The notes under the pieces are model-generated. The model did not search any database. It had not been told where the DNA came from and worked only from the letters and a program-made list of their open reading frames with translations. This document shows, piece after piece, positions 39,160 to 50,769 of a stretch of DNA of 64,000 nucleotides. Origin of the DNA: an uncultured Nitrospiraceae bacterium (GTDB lineage Bacteria; Nitrospirota; Nitrospiria; Nitrospirales; Nitrospiraceae); NCBI GenBank assembly GCA_963846575.1, contig CAWJWJ010000002.1, positions 960,001-1,024,000 of the forward strand. Direction: 5' to 3'. Within the stretch, counting starts at the first letter, position 1. Each line of letters opens with the position of its first letter. A program made the position numbers and the translations under genes.

Positions 39160-40764
39160 TTACATGCGAAATACCGGTGCGTGGCTGGTTTTGGTCGGGA
39201 GCACGGCGGCCAGCTCCAGACAGAGACCAAGCACTCCGCGCGTGTCGACTGGATCCAGAATGCCGTCGTCCCAAAGGCGCGCGCTGCTGAAATAGGGACT
39301 GCCCTCCTGCTCATACTGACGAAGGGTCCCGTCCGTTATCCGCCGTTGCGCTTCTTCGGACAGTGCTGCCTGGTCCCGCGCCCGTTGTTGTTGCTTCACC
39401 GTGACCAGGACCTGCGCGGCCTGCTGCGCTCCCATGACCGATGTCCGGGCGTTTGGCCAGCAGAACAGAAACCGTGGACCGTATCCACGCCCGCACATGG
39501 CATAGTTGCCGGCACCGTGAGAGGCGCCGATCAGGATCGTGAATTTCGGCACGTCCGCGGTTGCGACCGCCTGCACCATTTTGGCGCCGTCTTTGATGAT
39601 ACCTCTGCGTTCATACTCCTGCCCGACCATGAAGCCGGTGATGTTCTGCAGGAACACGAGCGGAATGCGCCGTTGGGCGCACAACTGGATAAAGTGTGCG
39701 CCCTTCAATGAGGATTCCGACAGCAGCACGCCGTTGTTGGCGACGATGCCCACGAGATGGCCCATCCAATGGGCGAACCCGCAGACCAGGGTGGCGCCAT
39801 AGCGTGTTTTAAACTCCTGGAAGCGGCTTCCATCCACAAGACGCGCGATCACCTCCCGTACCTCCCACTTCTGCCGGGGATTGTCCGGGATGATTCCGTA
39901 GAGGTCTTCGGCGGGATAGAGCGGCTCGTCGATCCTGTCCCGGCGTGTTTTGGGAGCCTTCCGTCCCAAGGTTGTGACGATGGAGCGGCAGATCTCCAAG
40001 GCTTCTCGTTCATCTTCTGCCAGATGATCGCTGACGCCCGATAGACGGGTGTGGAGATCCGCCCCGCCCAAATCTTCGGCGCTGACTTCTTCACCCGTCG
40101 CCGCCTTCACCAGCGGCGGTCCGGCCAGATAGATCGTGCCGGTGCCTTTGACGATGACGTTTTCATCAGACATGGCCGGCACGTAGGCGCCGCCCGCGGT
40201 GCACATGCCCATGACCACGGAGATTTGTGCGATGCCTGCGGCCGACATGCGCGCCTGATTGTAAAAGATCCGGCCGAAGTGCTCCTTGTCGGCGAAGACC
40301 TCGGCCTGCATCGGCAGAAACACGCCGCCGGAATCGACGAGGTAGATCGCCGGCAACCGGTTCTCGAGTGCGATCTCCTGGGCACGCAGATGTTTCTTGA
40401 TGGTCAGAGGGAAATAGGTGCCCCCCTTGACCGTGGCGTCGTTTGCGACGATGACGCAGAAGCGCCCTGCGACGGACCCGATGCCGGTGATCAGGCCTGC
40501 CGACGGCACCTGGTTGTCATAGAGGCCGAATGCGGCCAGCGGGCTCAATTCGATCCAGGGGGAACCCGGGTCGAGCAAGGCCGTGATGCGCTCACGGGCG
40601 GTCAGCTTCCCGCGCCTTCGGTGAAGCGCGACGGCATCGGCCGGCCCCCCGGCCTGTACCATTCCCAGGTGTTTTCTGAGATCGGCCATCAGGCTGTCGT
40701 AGTGAGCCTGATGCCGCCGGAAGGCTTCGGAGGCCGGAGCCACTGATGTGGTCAGGACCGTCAT
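39160..40764 (-). CDS. Methylcrotonyl-CoA carboxylase carboxyltransferase subunit (LiuB-like)
   Basis: [39 protein letters not shown]-terminal VFRM. Confidence 0.92.
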   Translation of the reverse strand: MTVLTTSVAPASEAFRRHQAHYDSLMADLRKHLGMVQAGGPADAVALHRRRGKLTARERITALLDPGSPWIELSPLAAFGLYDNQVPSAGLITGIGSVAGRFCVIVANDATVKGGTYFPLTIKKHLRAQEIALENRLPAIYLVDSGGVFLPMQAEVFADKEHFGRIFYNQARMSAAGIAQISVVMGMCTAGGAYVPAMSDENVIVKGTGTIYLAGPPLVKAATGEEVSAEDLGGADLHTRLSGVSDHLAEDEREALEICRSIVTTLGRKAPKTRRDRIDEPLYPAEDLYGIIPDNPRQKWEVREVIARLVDGSRFQEFKTRYGATLVCGFAHWMGHLVGIVANNGVLLSESSLKGAHFIQLCAQRRIPLVFLQNITGFMVGQEYERRGIIKDGAKMVQAVATADVPKFTILIGASHGAGNYAMCGRGYGPRFLFCWPNARTSVMGAQQAAQVLVTVKQQQRARDQAALSEEAQRRITDGTLRQYEQEGSPYFSSARLWDDGILDPVDTRGVLGLCLELAAVLPTKTSHAPVFRM

Positions 40765-40775
40765 AGGGTCACCTC

Positions 40776-41183
40776 TCAGCGCACGACTCGAAGTCCCTTC
40801 ACGAACTCCACGATGTCATGCATCGGGGTAGCCGGACGAAACAACATGCGCACGCCGGCGGCTTTCAGTCTCGGCACGTCATCGTCCGGGATGATCCCTC
40901 CCCCGAACAGGGTCACGTCGCCCGCCCCCTGTTCTTTCAGTAACGTCAGCACCCGAAGAAAGAGCGAATTATGGGCGCCGGAATGGATGCTGAGACCGAT
41001 CGCCTGAACATCTTCCTGGATCGCCGTGGTCACGATCTGTTCCGGAGTCTGGTGGAGTCCCGTATACACGATCTCCATTCCCGCATCCCTGAGCGCGCGG
41101 GCAACGAGTTTGACTCCACGGTCATGTCCATCCAGCCCGACCTTCCCGATCAGGACCCGGATGGGAGGTGCCGCTACTGCCAT
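40776..41183 (-). CDS. icmB: Acyl-CoA mutase small B12-binding subunit
   Basis: GLDGHDRG (DxHxxG), [15 protein letters not shown]. Confidence 0.85.
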   Translation of the reverse strand: MAVAAPPIRVLIGKVGLDGHDRGVKLVARALRDAGMEIVYTGLHQTPEQIVTTAIQEDVQAIGLSIHSGAHNSLFLRVLTLLKEQGAGDVTLFGGGIIPDDDVPRLKAAGVRMLFRPATPMHDIVEFVKGLRVVR

Positions 41184-42022
41184 AATGTCACCTCCTCCAG
41201 TCGATACTTTCCTTCTGCATCCTTCCTGAGATGGCCGGCGTGAATCACCGGGTCGTGTTCGAACACCAGGAGCCAGTTCTCCTCGAACGCACGATCCAGT
41301 ACGCCGCGTTTAGTGTCGAGTGTGCGGACGGGGTTGAGGTCGTACCCCATGATGTAGGGGAGCGGAAGATGGGAGACCGTGGGAATGAGATCTCCCAGGA
41401 AGAATGCGACCTGACCTTCCGACTCCACTTTGATGCTCTGGTGGTGCCGCGTGTGTCCCGGCGTCACGACGACCGAAATGCCGGGCAGCAGCTCCGTATC
41501 GCCCTGCAGCAATTCCCACTGATTCAGTCGCGCGATCGGGGTGAAATTGTCGGAGCGATAACTCGCCCTGGTGCGTTCGTTGGCGCCGATCGCGTCCTCG
41601 TATTCGCCCTGTTGCACGTAGTAGCCCGCCTTCGGGAAGCCGGCCACCAAGGCCCTGTCGCCGTGGGCGACCGTGTTTCCTCCCGCATGGTCGAAGTGCA
41701 GATGCGTGTTGACGACTAGATGGATGTCGTCCCGGCTCACGCCATACCGCCGTAACGATTCCGGCAGCGAGGGCGTCCGTTCCACCGCAAACATCGATTC
41801 GAACTTCGCATCTTCCTTATCGCCCAGCCCTGTATCCACCAGAATGTTCTTGCCATGCGCCCGGATCAACAGACAGGTCAACCCGAGGGGGATACGGTTC
41901 AGTCCGTCCGCCGGACAACAGCGCTGCCAGAGTACCTTTGGCACCACTCCGAACATAGCCCCGCCATCCAGGCGAAACCGGCCATCCGTCACGGGATAAA
42001 TTTCAAAGGCTCCGAGCTTCAT
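41174..42022 (-). CDS. Metallo-beta-lactamase-fold hydrolase (YtnP-like)
   Basis: [30 protein letters not shown]. Confidence 0.9.
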   Translation of the reverse strand: MKLGAFEIYPVTDGRFRLDGGAMFGVVPKVLWQRCCPADGLNRIPLGLTCLLIRAHGKNILVDTGLGDKEDAKFESMFAVERTPSLPESLRRYGVSRDDIHLVVNTHLHFDHAGGNTVAHGDRALVAGFPKAGYYVQQGEYEDAIGANERTRASYRSDNFTPIARLNQWELLQGDTELLPGISVVVTPGHTRHHQSIKVESEGQVAFFLGDLIPTVSHLPLPYIMGYDLNPVRTLDTKRGVLDRAFEENWLLVFEHDPVIHAGHLRKDAEGKYRLEEVTLWQ

Positions 42023-42054
42023 GTGGTGTTACACGCCTTCCCGCCGGCAGTGCG

Positions 42055-43650
42055 TCACAGCACCACCGGCTCCCGATAGGTCCCGTACACTTCCTTCAGC
42101 GCGGCGCAAATCTCTCCTAAGGTCGCCCTGGCTTTCACCGCTTCGATCAACGAGGGCATGACATTTTGGCTGCAGGCAGCCACCTCCTGGAGTTCCTCCA
42201 GCGAGCCGGCCATCTTGAACGGATCGCGAGATTTCCTCAGATCCGACAACCGTGCCACCTGGTCCTGCTCCACTTCAGGGCTGATCTTCAGGATGGGAAT
42301 GGACCGTTCATTCTGCTCCACATGGTCGGTGACGCCGACGACGCTCCGTTCCTTCCGGTCGACCTCCTGCTGGTAGCGTAGTGAGGCCTCCAGGATCTCC
42401 CGTTGCGGGAACCCCTTCTCGATGGCCTTGACCATTCCACCCAGCTGGTCCAGCTTTCGGAAATAGGCTTTTGCCCCTTCTTCCAGACGATTGGTCAGGT
42501 TCTCCACAAAATAGGAGCCTCCCAATGGATCGGCGCAGTTGACGGTTTCACTTTCCGAGGCGATGACCTGTTGGGTTCGCAGGGCCAGCGTCACGGCCTC
42601 TTCGGTCGGCAGGGCCAGGGTTTCATCCATGGAGTTGGTATGGAGCGACTGCGTCCCACCGAGCACGGCAGCCAGCGCCTGCAGAGTGGTCCGCACCACG
42701 TTGTTCATCGGCTGTTGAGCCGTCAGCGAGCAGCCGGCCGTCTGAGCATGGCAGCGGAGCTGGAGTGAACGGGGATTGTGAGGATGATACCGCCGTTTCA
42801 TTTCGCGGGCCCAGAGACGTCGCGCCGCACGGAATTTGGCGATCTCTTCGAAAAAATCGTTATGCACGTTGAAGAAGAATGAGAGCTGCGGCGCAAACGC
42901 ATCCACATCGAGGCCGGATTGTACGGCCGCGTCGACGTAGGTCAATCCATCGTAGAGCGTAAAGGCCAGTTCTTGCACCGCCGTCGCGCCTGCTTCCCGG
43001 ATGTGGTAGCCGCTGATGCTGACCGGGTGCCACTTCGGAACGTGGGTTGCACAATAGGCAATCGTATCCGTCATCACTTGGATGTGCGGCTCAGGCGGAA
43101 ACAACCACTCTTTCTGTGCGATATATTCTTTCAGGATATCGTTCTGAAGCGTGCCGCCGAGGTGCTGCAATGGAATGCCGCGTTTCTCTGCCAGAGCCAG
43201 GTACATGGCGAAAATCACGGCGGCGGGTCCGTTGATCGTCATCGACGTCGTGACCTGGTCGAGCGGAATACCATCGAACAGCCGTTCCATGTCGGCGAGC
43301 GACGAAACAGCCACGCCGCAAAAGCCCACTTCGCCCCGCGCCCTCTGATCATCCGAGTCGAGACCCATGAGGGTAGGTAGGTCGAAGGCGACGCTGAGCC
43401 CCGTCTGGCCGCGCGCCAGCAGGTACTTGAAGCGCCGATTGGTATCCTCGGCCGAGCCGAATCCGGCAAATTGCCGCATGGTCCAGAGCCGGCTCCGGTA
43501 CATGGCCTCGTGGATACCGCGGGTGTAGGGGAAGGCACCGGGTTCGCCGAGGTCCTGCTCGACGCTCCAGCCTTTGAGGTGGTCGGGGGTATAGACCCGT
43601 TCGACGTCCAAACCCGAGAGGGAAGTGAATCGAGATTTCCGCTCCGTCAT
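42055..43650 (-). CDS. icmA: Acyl-CoA mutase large subunit with isobutyryl-CoA mutase signature
   Basis: WTMRQFAGF (Phe, not Tyr) and [14 protein letters not shown] (Gln, not Arg). Confidence 0.85.
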   Translation of the reverse strand: MTERKSRFTSLSGLDVERVYTPDHLKGWSVEQDLGEPGAFPYTRGIHEAMYRSRLWTMRQFAGFGSAEDTNRRFKYLLARGQTGLSVAFDLPTLMGLDSDDQRARGEVGFCGVAVSSLADMERLFDGIPLDQVTTSMTINGPAAVIFAMYLALAEKRGIPLQHLGGTLQNDILKEYIAQKEWLFPPEPHIQVMTDTIAYCATHVPKWHPVSISGYHIREAGATAVQELAFTLYDGLTYVDAAVQSGLDVDAFAPQLSFFFNVHNDFFEEIAKFRAARRLWAREMKRRYHPHNPRSLQLRCHAQTAGCSLTAQQPMNNVVRTTLQALAAVLGGTQSLHTNSMDETLALPTEEAVTLALRTQQVIASESETVNCADPLGGSYFVENLTNRLEEGAKAYFRKLDQLGGMVKAIEKGFPQREILEASLRYQQEVDRKERSVVGVTDHVEQNERSIPILKISPEVEQDQVARLSDLRKSRDPFKMAGSLEELQEVAACSQNVMPSLIEAVKARATLGEICAALKEVYGTYREPVVL

Positions 43651-43690
43651 ATGGCAGAACCTCCTCACGATGCCCGGATCTGGTTCGTGC

Positions 43691-44572
43691 TCAAGTCACC
43701 GTCGCGGGCTTGTCCTCATACAGATAGAATCCTTGGCCGCTCTTCCGGCCGAGCCGCCCGGCCTCCACATACCGGCGCAACAATGGACAGGGGCGGAATT
43801 TCGGGTCATCCAAGTCCCGATGCAGAACCTCACAGATGGCGAGCACCGTGTCGAGGCCAATCCGATCGGCCAATGCCAACGGCCCCAGAGGGGAATTGGT
43901 GCCCTGCACCATGGCCAGATCGATGGCGTCGGCGGTGGCCACATCGGCTTCCAGGGCATAGACTGCTTCGTTGATCATGGGGATTAACACCCGGTTGACG
44001 ATGAATCCCGGAGAATCACGGCAGACCACCGGGGTCTTGCCTGCCCGGCGGACCAGGGCCAGAGCCAGTTGCAGCGTGTCTTCGGATGTCGCGCTCCCGC
44101 GTACGACTTCGACGAGGTGCATCACCGGCACGGGGTTCATAAAATGGATGCCCGCCACACGATCCGGACGACCTGACGCCGTTCCCAGACTCGTGATTGA
44201 GATCGAAGACGTATTGCTGGCCAGCACCGTCGATGCGGCGCACAGGTGCCCGAGTTCCATGAACAGCTCCCGTTTCATGTCGGGATTCTCCGGGATGGCC
44301 TCGATAACCATTTGTGCCTCCCGAACGTGTCTCAGCTGCCGCAGCGGCTGGATGCGCGCCATCGCCGATCCCGCCTGGTCCCCGCGCAATGCGCCTTTCT
44401 CCACCGCCTTCATGACCCCCTGCCAGAGCTTTCTGGTGGCGCCTTCAAGCATCTCGTCGGCCACGTCCACCAGGAGAATGTTCCAGCCCGCCACTGCCAG
44501 GACTTGCGCGATGCCCCGGCCCATCTGTCCTGCGCCCACGATACCGATGGTTTGAACGTCGTCGATCGTCAT
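43691..44572 (-). CDS. hbd: 3-hydroxybutyryl-CoA dehydrogenase
   Basis: [33 protein letters not shown]. Confidence 0.9.
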   Translation of the reverse strand: MTIDDVQTIGIVGAGQMGRGIAQVLAVAGWNILLVDVADEMLEGATRKLWQGVMKAVEKGALRGDQAGSAMARIQPLRQLRHVREAQMVIEAIPENPDMKRELFMELGHLCAASTVLASNTSSISITSLGTASGRPDRVAGIHFMNPVPVMHLVEVVRGSATSEDTLQLALALVRRAGKTPVVCRDSPGFIVNRVLIPMINEAVYALEADVATADAIDLAMVQGTNSPLGPLALADRIGLDTVLAICEVLHRDLDDPKFRPCPLLRRYVEAGRLGRKSGQGFYLYEDKPATVT

Positions 44573-45765
44573 TGAGTTCCCGATCGCTCCACCAGTAACG
44601 CCAGCGCTTCGCCGCCTCCGATGCAGAGACTGGCCAGTCCGCGCCTGGCGCCGCGTGCCTCCATGGCATGCAGCAGGGTGGTGAGGATCCTGGCTCCGGT
44701 CGCGCCGATGGGATGCCCCAAGGCCACGGCGCCGCCATGCACATTCACTGTCTTGGTGTCCAATCCTAGCTCGCGGTTGATGGCCAGGGAGACGGCCGAG
44801 AAGGCTTCATTGATTTCGAAGAGGTCGATGTCGCCGATCGACAGCCCCGTCTGTTCCAGGAGCCGACGAATCGCCTCCACCGGCGCAATCGTGAACCATT
44901 CCGGCGCCAGCGCGGCTCCGGCATACCCCACGATGCGTGCAATCGTCGCAAGACCCAGGCGCTGAGCCTCCTGTTCGGCCATGATGACCAGGGCGGCTGC
45001 ACCATCGTTGCAGGACGGCGAATTGCCCACGGTCAGCACGCCATCGTCCTGAAAGACCGGCTTGAGCTGTCGGAGCCGTGCAAGGTCCACCCGGTTCGGT
45101 TCTTCGTCCTCTATGATGAGGACCGGCGCGCCCTTCTTCTGCGGCACCTCGACGGAGACGATTTCTTTCCTGAATGCGCCGGTCGCGATGGCATCACGGG
45201 CGCGGCCATAACTCTCCAGAGCGAAGTCATCGACTTCCTGTCGGGAGAGGTGATAGCGAGCGGCACACAGTTCTCCCGCATTGCCCATATGGAACTGATT
45301 GTACACATCCCACAGCCCGTCCTTGATCAAGCTGTCCGTGAGTTCGCCATGTCCCAACCGGTAGCCCTGTCTGGCTTTCTCGAGCAGGAACGGTGCCCGC
45401 GTCATATTCTCCATTCCGCCGGCGATGATGGTCCGCGCCTCTCCAAGTGCGATGGCCCTGGCCGCCATGATCACGGTTTGCAGGCTGGACCCGCAGACCT
45501 TGTTCACGGTCACGGCTCCGACGGAATGGGGGATTCCCGCACCGATCGCAGCTTGTCTGGCCGGTGCCTGGCCGAGCCCGGCGCCGAGGACACACCCCAT
45601 CAGTACCTCATCGATGCGGTCTTCCGGCAGGCGGGCACGCTTCAAGGCGGCCGCAATGGCAAGGCTCCCCAACGTGGTTGCGGGCATCGAACTGAATGCA
45701 CCGTTGAAGCTGCCCATGGGAGTTCTGACCGCGCTCACAATCACGGGCTGAGATCGAGTGTTCAC
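44569..45765 (-). CDS. Acetyl-CoA C-acyltransferase (thiolase)
   Basis: VNKVCGS, EINEAF, GHPIGATG, CIGGG. Confidence 0.95.
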   Translation of the reverse strand: MNTRSQPVIVSAVRTPMGSFNGAFSSMPATTLGSLAIAAALKRARLPEDRIDEVLMGCVLGAGLGQAPARQAAIGAGIPHSVGAVTVNKVCGSSLQTVIMAARAIALGEARTIIAGGMENMTRAPFLLEKARQGYRLGHGELTDSLIKDGLWDVYNQFHMGNAGELCAARYHLSRQEVDDFALESYGRARDAIATGAFRKEIVSVEVPQKKGAPVLIIEDEEPNRVDLARLRQLKPVFQDDGVLTVGNSPSCNDGAAALVIMAEQEAQRLGLATIARIVGYAGAALAPEWFTIAPVEAIRRLLEQTGLSIGDIDLFEINEAFSAVSLAINRELGLDTKTVNVHGGAVALGHPIGATGARILTTLLHAMEARGARRGLASLCIGGGEALALLVERSGTQ

Positions 45766-46937
45766 AGGACTGTCTCCCAGTGCCTCTGTTCGAGATGTTG
45801 TTTCACCGTCGCCATGAAACGGTCGGCGGTTGCACCGTCGATGACCCGATGATCGAACGAGAGGCTCAGGTACGCCATGGAGCGGATGGCGATGGCGTCT
45901 TGTATGACAACCGCCCGTTTCTGCACCGAGCCGACGCCCAGGATCGCAGTTTGTGGTTGATTGATGATGGGTGTGCTGAACAGGCTCCCGAACCCGCCGT
46001 GGTTCGTAATGGTGAAGGTGCCGTCCTGGACTTCTTCCGGAGCCAGCTTCTTGCTGCGGGCCCGTGCCGCCAGGTCTGCCACCTCATGGGCGAGTTGCTT
46101 CAGCCCTTTCCGATCAGCATGGCGAATGACGGGAACCAGCAGGCCTTCGTCGAGCGCCACCGCGATCCCGATATGGATGTCTTTCTTGATGACGAGACCC
46201 GCTTCGCGCCAGGAGGAATTGACGAGCGGCAGCTCCTGCATGGCCCGCGTGACGGCATTGATCACAAACGGCAGGAAGGTCAACGCCCGGCCTTTGCGAA
46301 ACATGTCGATGCCGGAGAAGTCCGCCTCGAAAAACGTCGCCACATGGGCGGCGGTACGGCGGCTGAGCACCATGCGTTCTGCGATCGTCCTCCGCATCTG
46401 ACTGTGCGGGACGATCCCCTCTTGCGTGATCGAGGGGGCGGGGGAGGAGACCTGGGGGGCCGGTCTCCCGGCCGAGGATTCAGAGGCAGCGCCTGATGGA
46501 TCTTCCCTGCCCACAACGTCCAGCACGTCCTTTTTGGTCACCCGGCCGCCTTCGCCGGTTCCAGTGAGGGTCGCCAGGTCCAGGTGGTGTTCTCGTGCGA
46601 GCTGCCGAACGGCCGGCGAGTAGTGATGGTCCCCTGATCCCGATTGCTCCATCCGCCGGACGCCGACCCCTCCGACACGGTTGACGACGCCTGCCGGCGG
46701 CTGGCTGTCGAGTCTGGCCAGCAATTTCCCCACCGGTACGGTCTCACCTTCCGGAACGAGAATCTCCGCCAGAAAACCGGATGCCGGAGAAGGGATGTCG
46801 AGCGCCACTTTCTCGGTTTCGACTTCCAGCAGCGGCTGATCCTTCTCCACGGAACCCCCTGCAGGAATCAGCCACCTGACGACGGTTCCTTCGGCGATAC
46901 TTTCACCCAGTTGAGGCATCACGATGTCGGTCGGCAT
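45762..46937 (-). CDS. 2-oxoacid (branched-chain) dehydrogenase E2
   Basis: Lipoyl domain ETEKV, E3-binding SPAVRQLA..GTGEGGRVTK, catalytic DHRVIDG. Confidence 0.93.
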   Translation of the reverse strand: MPTDIVMPQLGESIAEGTVVRWLIPAGGSVEKDQPLLEVETEKVALDIPSPASGFLAEILVPEGETVPVGKLLARLDSQPPAGVVNRVGGVGVRRMEQSGSGDHHYSPAVRQLAREHHLDLATLTGTGEGGRVTKKDVLDVVGREDPSGAASESSAGRPAPQVSSPAPSITQEGIVPHSQMRRTIAERMVLSRRTAAHVATFFEADFSGIDMFRKGRALTFLPFVINAVTRAMQELPLVNSSWREAGLVIKKDIHIGIAVALDEGLLVPVIRHADRKGLKQLAHEVADLAARARSKKLAPEEVQDGTFTITNHGGFGSLFSTPIINQPQTAILGVGSVQKRAVVIQDAIAIRSMAYLSLSFDHRVIDGATADRFMATVKQHLEQRHWETVL

Positions 46938-46979
46938 GGATGCGGTCTCCGCTGTGCGGACCATCGGCCGCTGATGGGA

Positions 46980-47972
46980 TCAGTAGGCCGCCAATTTCTT
47001 CGCTCCCGCCACGATATCACTCACCTTGGGTAGAAAAAATTCTTCCAACGGCGTGCTGAAGGGCACCGGCGTGTCCGGAGGCGCGATACGCAGGATCGGC
47101 CCATCCAGACAGTCAAAGCAGTCTTCCGCCACCAGAGCCGAGATTTCGGCCCCGATACCGCCGGTTTTATTGTCCTCGTGCAGCAGGATCACCTTGCTTG
47201 TCTTGCGCACCGACGCATAGATGGTCTCCTTGTCGAGAGGAATCAGGGTGCGGAGGTCCACCACCTCCAGATCGATGCCCTCTCGGCTCAGGAGCTCGGC
47301 AGCCTCAAGGGCCAGATGCACCATCGCTCCATAGGTGACAACCGTGACATCGCCGCCTGTACGTTTCACTTCGGCTTTCCCGATCGGCACCATGTAGTCC
47401 TCTGCCGGCAACGTCCCTTTGATCCGACGATAGAGAAACTTGTGTTCGAAATAGAGGACGGGATTGGGGTCGCGAATCGCGGCCTTCAGCAGTCCCTTGG
47501 CGTCATAGGGTGTCGAAGGCGCTACGATCTTGAGGCCGGGCGAGTGGAAGAACCAGCCTTCGGGACATTCGGAGTGAAAGGGACCGCCATGCACGCCGCC
47601 GCCGAATGGAGCCCGGATCACCAGAGGAACGGCCGCTCCCCAGCGGTAATGGTTCTTGGCGGCGACTTCGGTAATTTGATCGAAGGCACAGGAAATGAAG
47701 TCTGCGAACTGCATTTCCACCACGGGCCGCAGCCCCATCATGGCTGCGCCGATGGCGGCACCGACAAAGCCCGATTCGGAGAGCGGGGTGTCCAGGACGC
47801 GCCACTCTCCATACTTCTTCTGCAACCCTTCCGTGACCTTGAACGCTCCGCCGTAGGCGCCGATGTCTTCGCCCATGAGAAACACCCGTTCGTCGCAGCT
47901 CATCTCTTCGTCCAGTGCCTGTGAAATGGCGTCTACGTAGGTGACCTCGTGCGTCGCCGTCGCGGTCGTCAT
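46980..47972 (-). CDS. 2-oxoacid (branched-chain) dehydrogenase E1 beta
   Basis: GEDIG, DTPLSE, EMQFADF, FHS, FEHK. Confidence 0.94.
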   Translation of the reverse strand: MTTATATHEVTYVDAISQALDEEMSCDERVFLMGEDIGAYGGAFKVTEGLQKKYGEWRVLDTPLSESGFVGAAIGAAMMGLRPVVEMQFADFISCAFDQITEVAAKNHYRWGAAVPLVIRAPFGGGVHGGPFHSECPEGWFFHSPGLKIVAPSTPYDAKGLLKAAIRDPNPVLYFEHKFLYRRIKGTLPAEDYMVPIGKAEVKRTGGDVTVVTYGAMVHLALEAAELLSREGIDLEVVDLRTLIPLDKETIYASVRKTSKVILLHEDNKTGGIGAEISALVAEDCFDCLDGPILRIAPPDTPVPFSTPLEEFFLPKVSDIVAGAKKLAAY

Positions 47973-48970
47973 GGTTGCACCTCATCCTCTGTGGCGAAGA
48001 CCCCTACCAGTGTCTCCGCCCCTTCGGGCAGGGGACTCTGCTCGGCGAATTCCGTTCCGACGTCGACTTCTTTCTTGGTCCGTTCGCCCACTTCATGAAA
48101 ATAGGACTCATCGCCGTATCCCAACTGTGTCAGGAGCTGCTCGGCCCGGGGGATCGGATCTTTGGCTTTCCATTCCTCCAGCAACTCGCGGGGCACATAC
48201 TTCGCGGCGTCATGTTCGGAATGGCCATGCATGCGCATGGTCTTGAATTCGAGAAACGTGGGCCCCTCTCCCGCCCGGGCCTTGGCGATGGCTCGTTGAC
48301 AGCTCAGGTATACGGCGGCCACGTCGTTTCCGTCCACGATTTCACCCGGCATGCCATAGGCCTTCGCCCGTTCCACCACATCGGTAATCGCCATCTGATG
48401 CCGCAAGGGGGTCGAGTAGGCATATTGATTGTTGGTGCAGAAGAACACGACTGGCAGCTTGCGCACCGCTGCGAAGTTCATGGCTTCGTGAAAGTCGCCT
48501 CGACTCGTTCCCCCGTCGCCGGTTCCGGCAAGCGCGACGCGAGACTCTCCCCGCATTTTAAACGCGAGGGCCGCCCCGGCCGCGACGGGCATGTTGTCGG
48601 CCAGATGGCTGACGAAACCGATCATTCCGCGCTTCAGATCGCCCATGTGGACGTTGCCGTCCTTGCCCTTGGTCGGCCCGGCCTTTTTGCCGAGATATTG
48701 CGCAATGATCTCACCCGGTGAAAACCCGCGAATCAGGAAGGCTCCCATATCCCGGTGAAACGGCGCGATGACGTCGTCGGGTTTCAGCGCGGACGCATAC
48801 CCGACGGCGATCGCCTCCATTCCATGACTCGTGTAGACGCCGCCCACGATCCGGCCCTGGCGGTAGAGCGCGGTGATCCGGTCTTCCAGGCTTCTGGTCA
48901 GCCGGAGGTAGTAATACATCTCAAGGAGGTCGCTGCGTTTGATGTCTTTCGCGACGACAGCCTGGTCCAT
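47969..48970 (-). CDS. 2-oxoacid (branched-chain) dehydrogenase E1 alpha
   Basis: TPP motif GDG...NNQYA, RMHGHS; start set at MDQAVV after a strong RBS. Confidence 0.93.
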   Translation of the reverse strand: MDQAVVAKDIKRSDLLEMYYYLRLTRSLEDRITALYRQGRIVGGVYTSHGMEAIAVGYASALKPDDVIAPFHRDMGAFLIRGFSPGEIIAQYLGKKAGPTKGKDGNVHMGDLKRGMIGFVSHLADNMPVAAGAALAFKMRGESRVALAGTGDGGTSRGDFHEAMNFAAVRKLPVVFFCTNNQYAYSTPLRHQMAITDVVERAKAYGMPGEIVDGNDVAAVYLSCQRAIAKARAGEGPTFLEFKTMRMHGHSEHDAAKYVPRELLEEWKAKDPIPRAEQLLTQLGYGDESYFHEVGERTKKEVDVGTEFAEQSPLPEGAETLVGVFATEDEVQP

Positions 48971-49004
48971 ACCTTCCTCCTCTTCGTCTGGGTAACCCGT
49001 ATCG

Positions 49005-49775
49005 TCAGAGCTCGGGGAGCTGCCTCCAGGACAATAAAGTTTTCTTCTCACTGCAGGCGGGACAGTCGGACGGCTCCCATTGCGGCATGTCCAGGTCAAC
49101 GGTGAAGTAGAAGGGATAGGCTGTTGTCAGTTCATCCATAAGCGGGAACTGTCCGCTGTCCCGCCTGGCGAAGACCACCATCCCGGCGAGATGACCTCCG
49201 CGATCCGTGACGACCTTTCCCAGTTTGTTGACGCACATGCCGCGTGTGGTCACGTCGTTGAGGGAGAGAAAACGCTCTCCTGCCGCCACGGTGCCGCGGA
49301 CGATGTCGATGCCGATCCTGCCCGTCTCAGGGTCGAAGGGGGTGAGCACGAGGCGCAGGGGCAGTCGATCGCCGAGGATCTCAATCGTGCGCTCCGCCAG
49401 GAGCTGCGCAGCCGATGAGGTCGTGACGATGCCCGACGGCGGATCCTGTCGAAAGGTCTGCAGGATCCATTCAGCCATGTTGCCCGCGATCATGGTGATA
49501 AATTCGGGAAATCGTGCAATGGATTCAAACCGCAGGTAGACGTCCGTATGATGGCCGGAGACCACCTCCACGTGGCTGTCGAAATAGACCGCGCGTGAGG
49601 TCCGCAGCAGCCGATGGACGTCCCAGGCTGACAGGGTGGGATGCGGGACATCATGAATGATGCGTTGAATTCTGACGTCGATGTCCGGCCTCTCGTACAG
49701 CGCCTTCTGGTGTGCCACTAATTCGCACATGGCCGTTTCGGACAATTTAGCAGTCGATGGTGTCATGAGCGTCAC
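49005..49775 (-). CDS. Type I phosphoribosyltransferase-like protein (PyrE paralog)
   Basis: SGHHTDVY, degenerate PRPP loop LSLNDVTTRG, C-terminal WEPSDCPAC. Confidence 0.72.
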   Translation of the reverse strand: MTLMTPSTAKLSETAMCELVAHQKALYERPDIDVRIQRIIHDVPHPTLSAWDVHRLLRTSRAVYFDSHVEVVSGHHTDVYLRFESIARFPEFITMIAGNMAEWILQTFRQDPPSGIVTTSSAAQLLAERTIEILGDRLPLRLVLTPFDPETGRIGIDIVRGTVAAGERFLSLNDVTTRGMCVNKLGKVVTDRGGHLAGMVVFARRDSGQFPLMDELTTAYPFYFTVDLDMPQWEPSDCPACSEKKTLLSWRQLPEL

Positions 49776-49785
49776 GGGGCTCCTG

Positions 49786-50769
49786 TTAGTCGGGTGCCAC
49801 AATGGCCGTTCGGAGTATGCCGATCGGCTGAATCTCCAGTTCAACCACGTCCCCCGCTTTCAGGTAGCGGTCGAATTCCAACCCGCAGCCTCCGCCGACC
49901 GTGCCGGATCCGAGCAGATCGCCGGGATAGATCGATTCGCCGCGCGACACGTGCTCGATCATTTGCGGGAAGGACCAATGGATGGTGCCGAACCGGCCCT
50001 CCGACCATACCTCGCCGTTCACGCGCGCGATCATCTGGAGTGACGCGAGGTCTTGGATTTCATCGGGCGTGACGATGCAGGGGCCGATGGCGGTCGCGAA
50101 ATCCTTCCCCTTCGCGGGGCCGAGCCGGCAGGCCATTTCCTGAAACTGAACGTCTCTAGCGCTGAAGTCGTTCATGATGGTGTACCCGGCGATGTATGTC
50201 GAGGCCTCGCGCTCTGCGATATCGATCCCCTGGCGGCCGATGATGCAGGCCAGCTCCAACTCATAATCGAGCTTCTGAGTGTTCAACGGCCAAGGCAGGC
50301 TGTGATCGGGCCCCACGATCGTCCGATGGTTTCCCTTGTAGTACACCGGGGCCTTGTACCATTCCGGCGGGATCGGTTGTCCCCGGCGTTTGGAGGTGGC
50401 CGCAATGTGTTCTTCGAAGGCAATAAAATCGCGCAGGGAGGACGGATTGGGGAGCGGGGCCGCTAACCGGATAGTCGCGGCGTCATAGACGATGGTCTCC
50501 CCTGCGGGACCAGCCAGGGACGGGCCGGAATTCACTACGTACTCGAGCGCTCCGCGGGCGGCTGCGGCCGCGGAGGGGCCGCCTTCCAGAAACTCCAGCA
50601 TCGTGGCAGGGACTTGCGCATCGGCCAGGCGACGGGGTTGCGCTTCGTCCCGGTCGGTCAGCTGACGGACATAGGCCATATTGAGATCCACGATCGAGCC
50701 TCCGTGCAGCGCACCGATTCGACGGAAGATTCCGACGGATGTGTGGACGTGAAAGGTCACCAGTTTCAT
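49786..50769 (-). CDS. Fumarylacetoacetate hydrolase family protein
   Basis: RDFIAFEEH, LDYELE, NDFSARD, KGKDFA, GSGTVG; directly downstream of hmgA. Confidence 0.92.
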   Translation of the reverse strand: MKLVTFHVHTSVGIFRRIGALHGGSIVDLNMAYVRQLTDRDEAQPRRLADAQVPATMLEFLEGGPSAAAAARGALEYVVNSGPSLAGPAGETIVYDAATIRLAAPLPNPSSLRDFIAFEEHIAATSKRRGQPIPPEWYKAPVYYKGNHRTIVGPDHSLPWPLNTQKLDYELELACIIGRQGIDIAEREASTYIAGYTIMNDFSARDVQFQEMACRLGPAKGKDFATAIGPCIVTPDEIQDLASLQMIARVNGEVWSEGRFGTIHWSFPQMIEHVSRGESIYPGDLLGSGTVGGGCGLEFDRYLKAGDVVELEIQPIGILRTAIVAPD

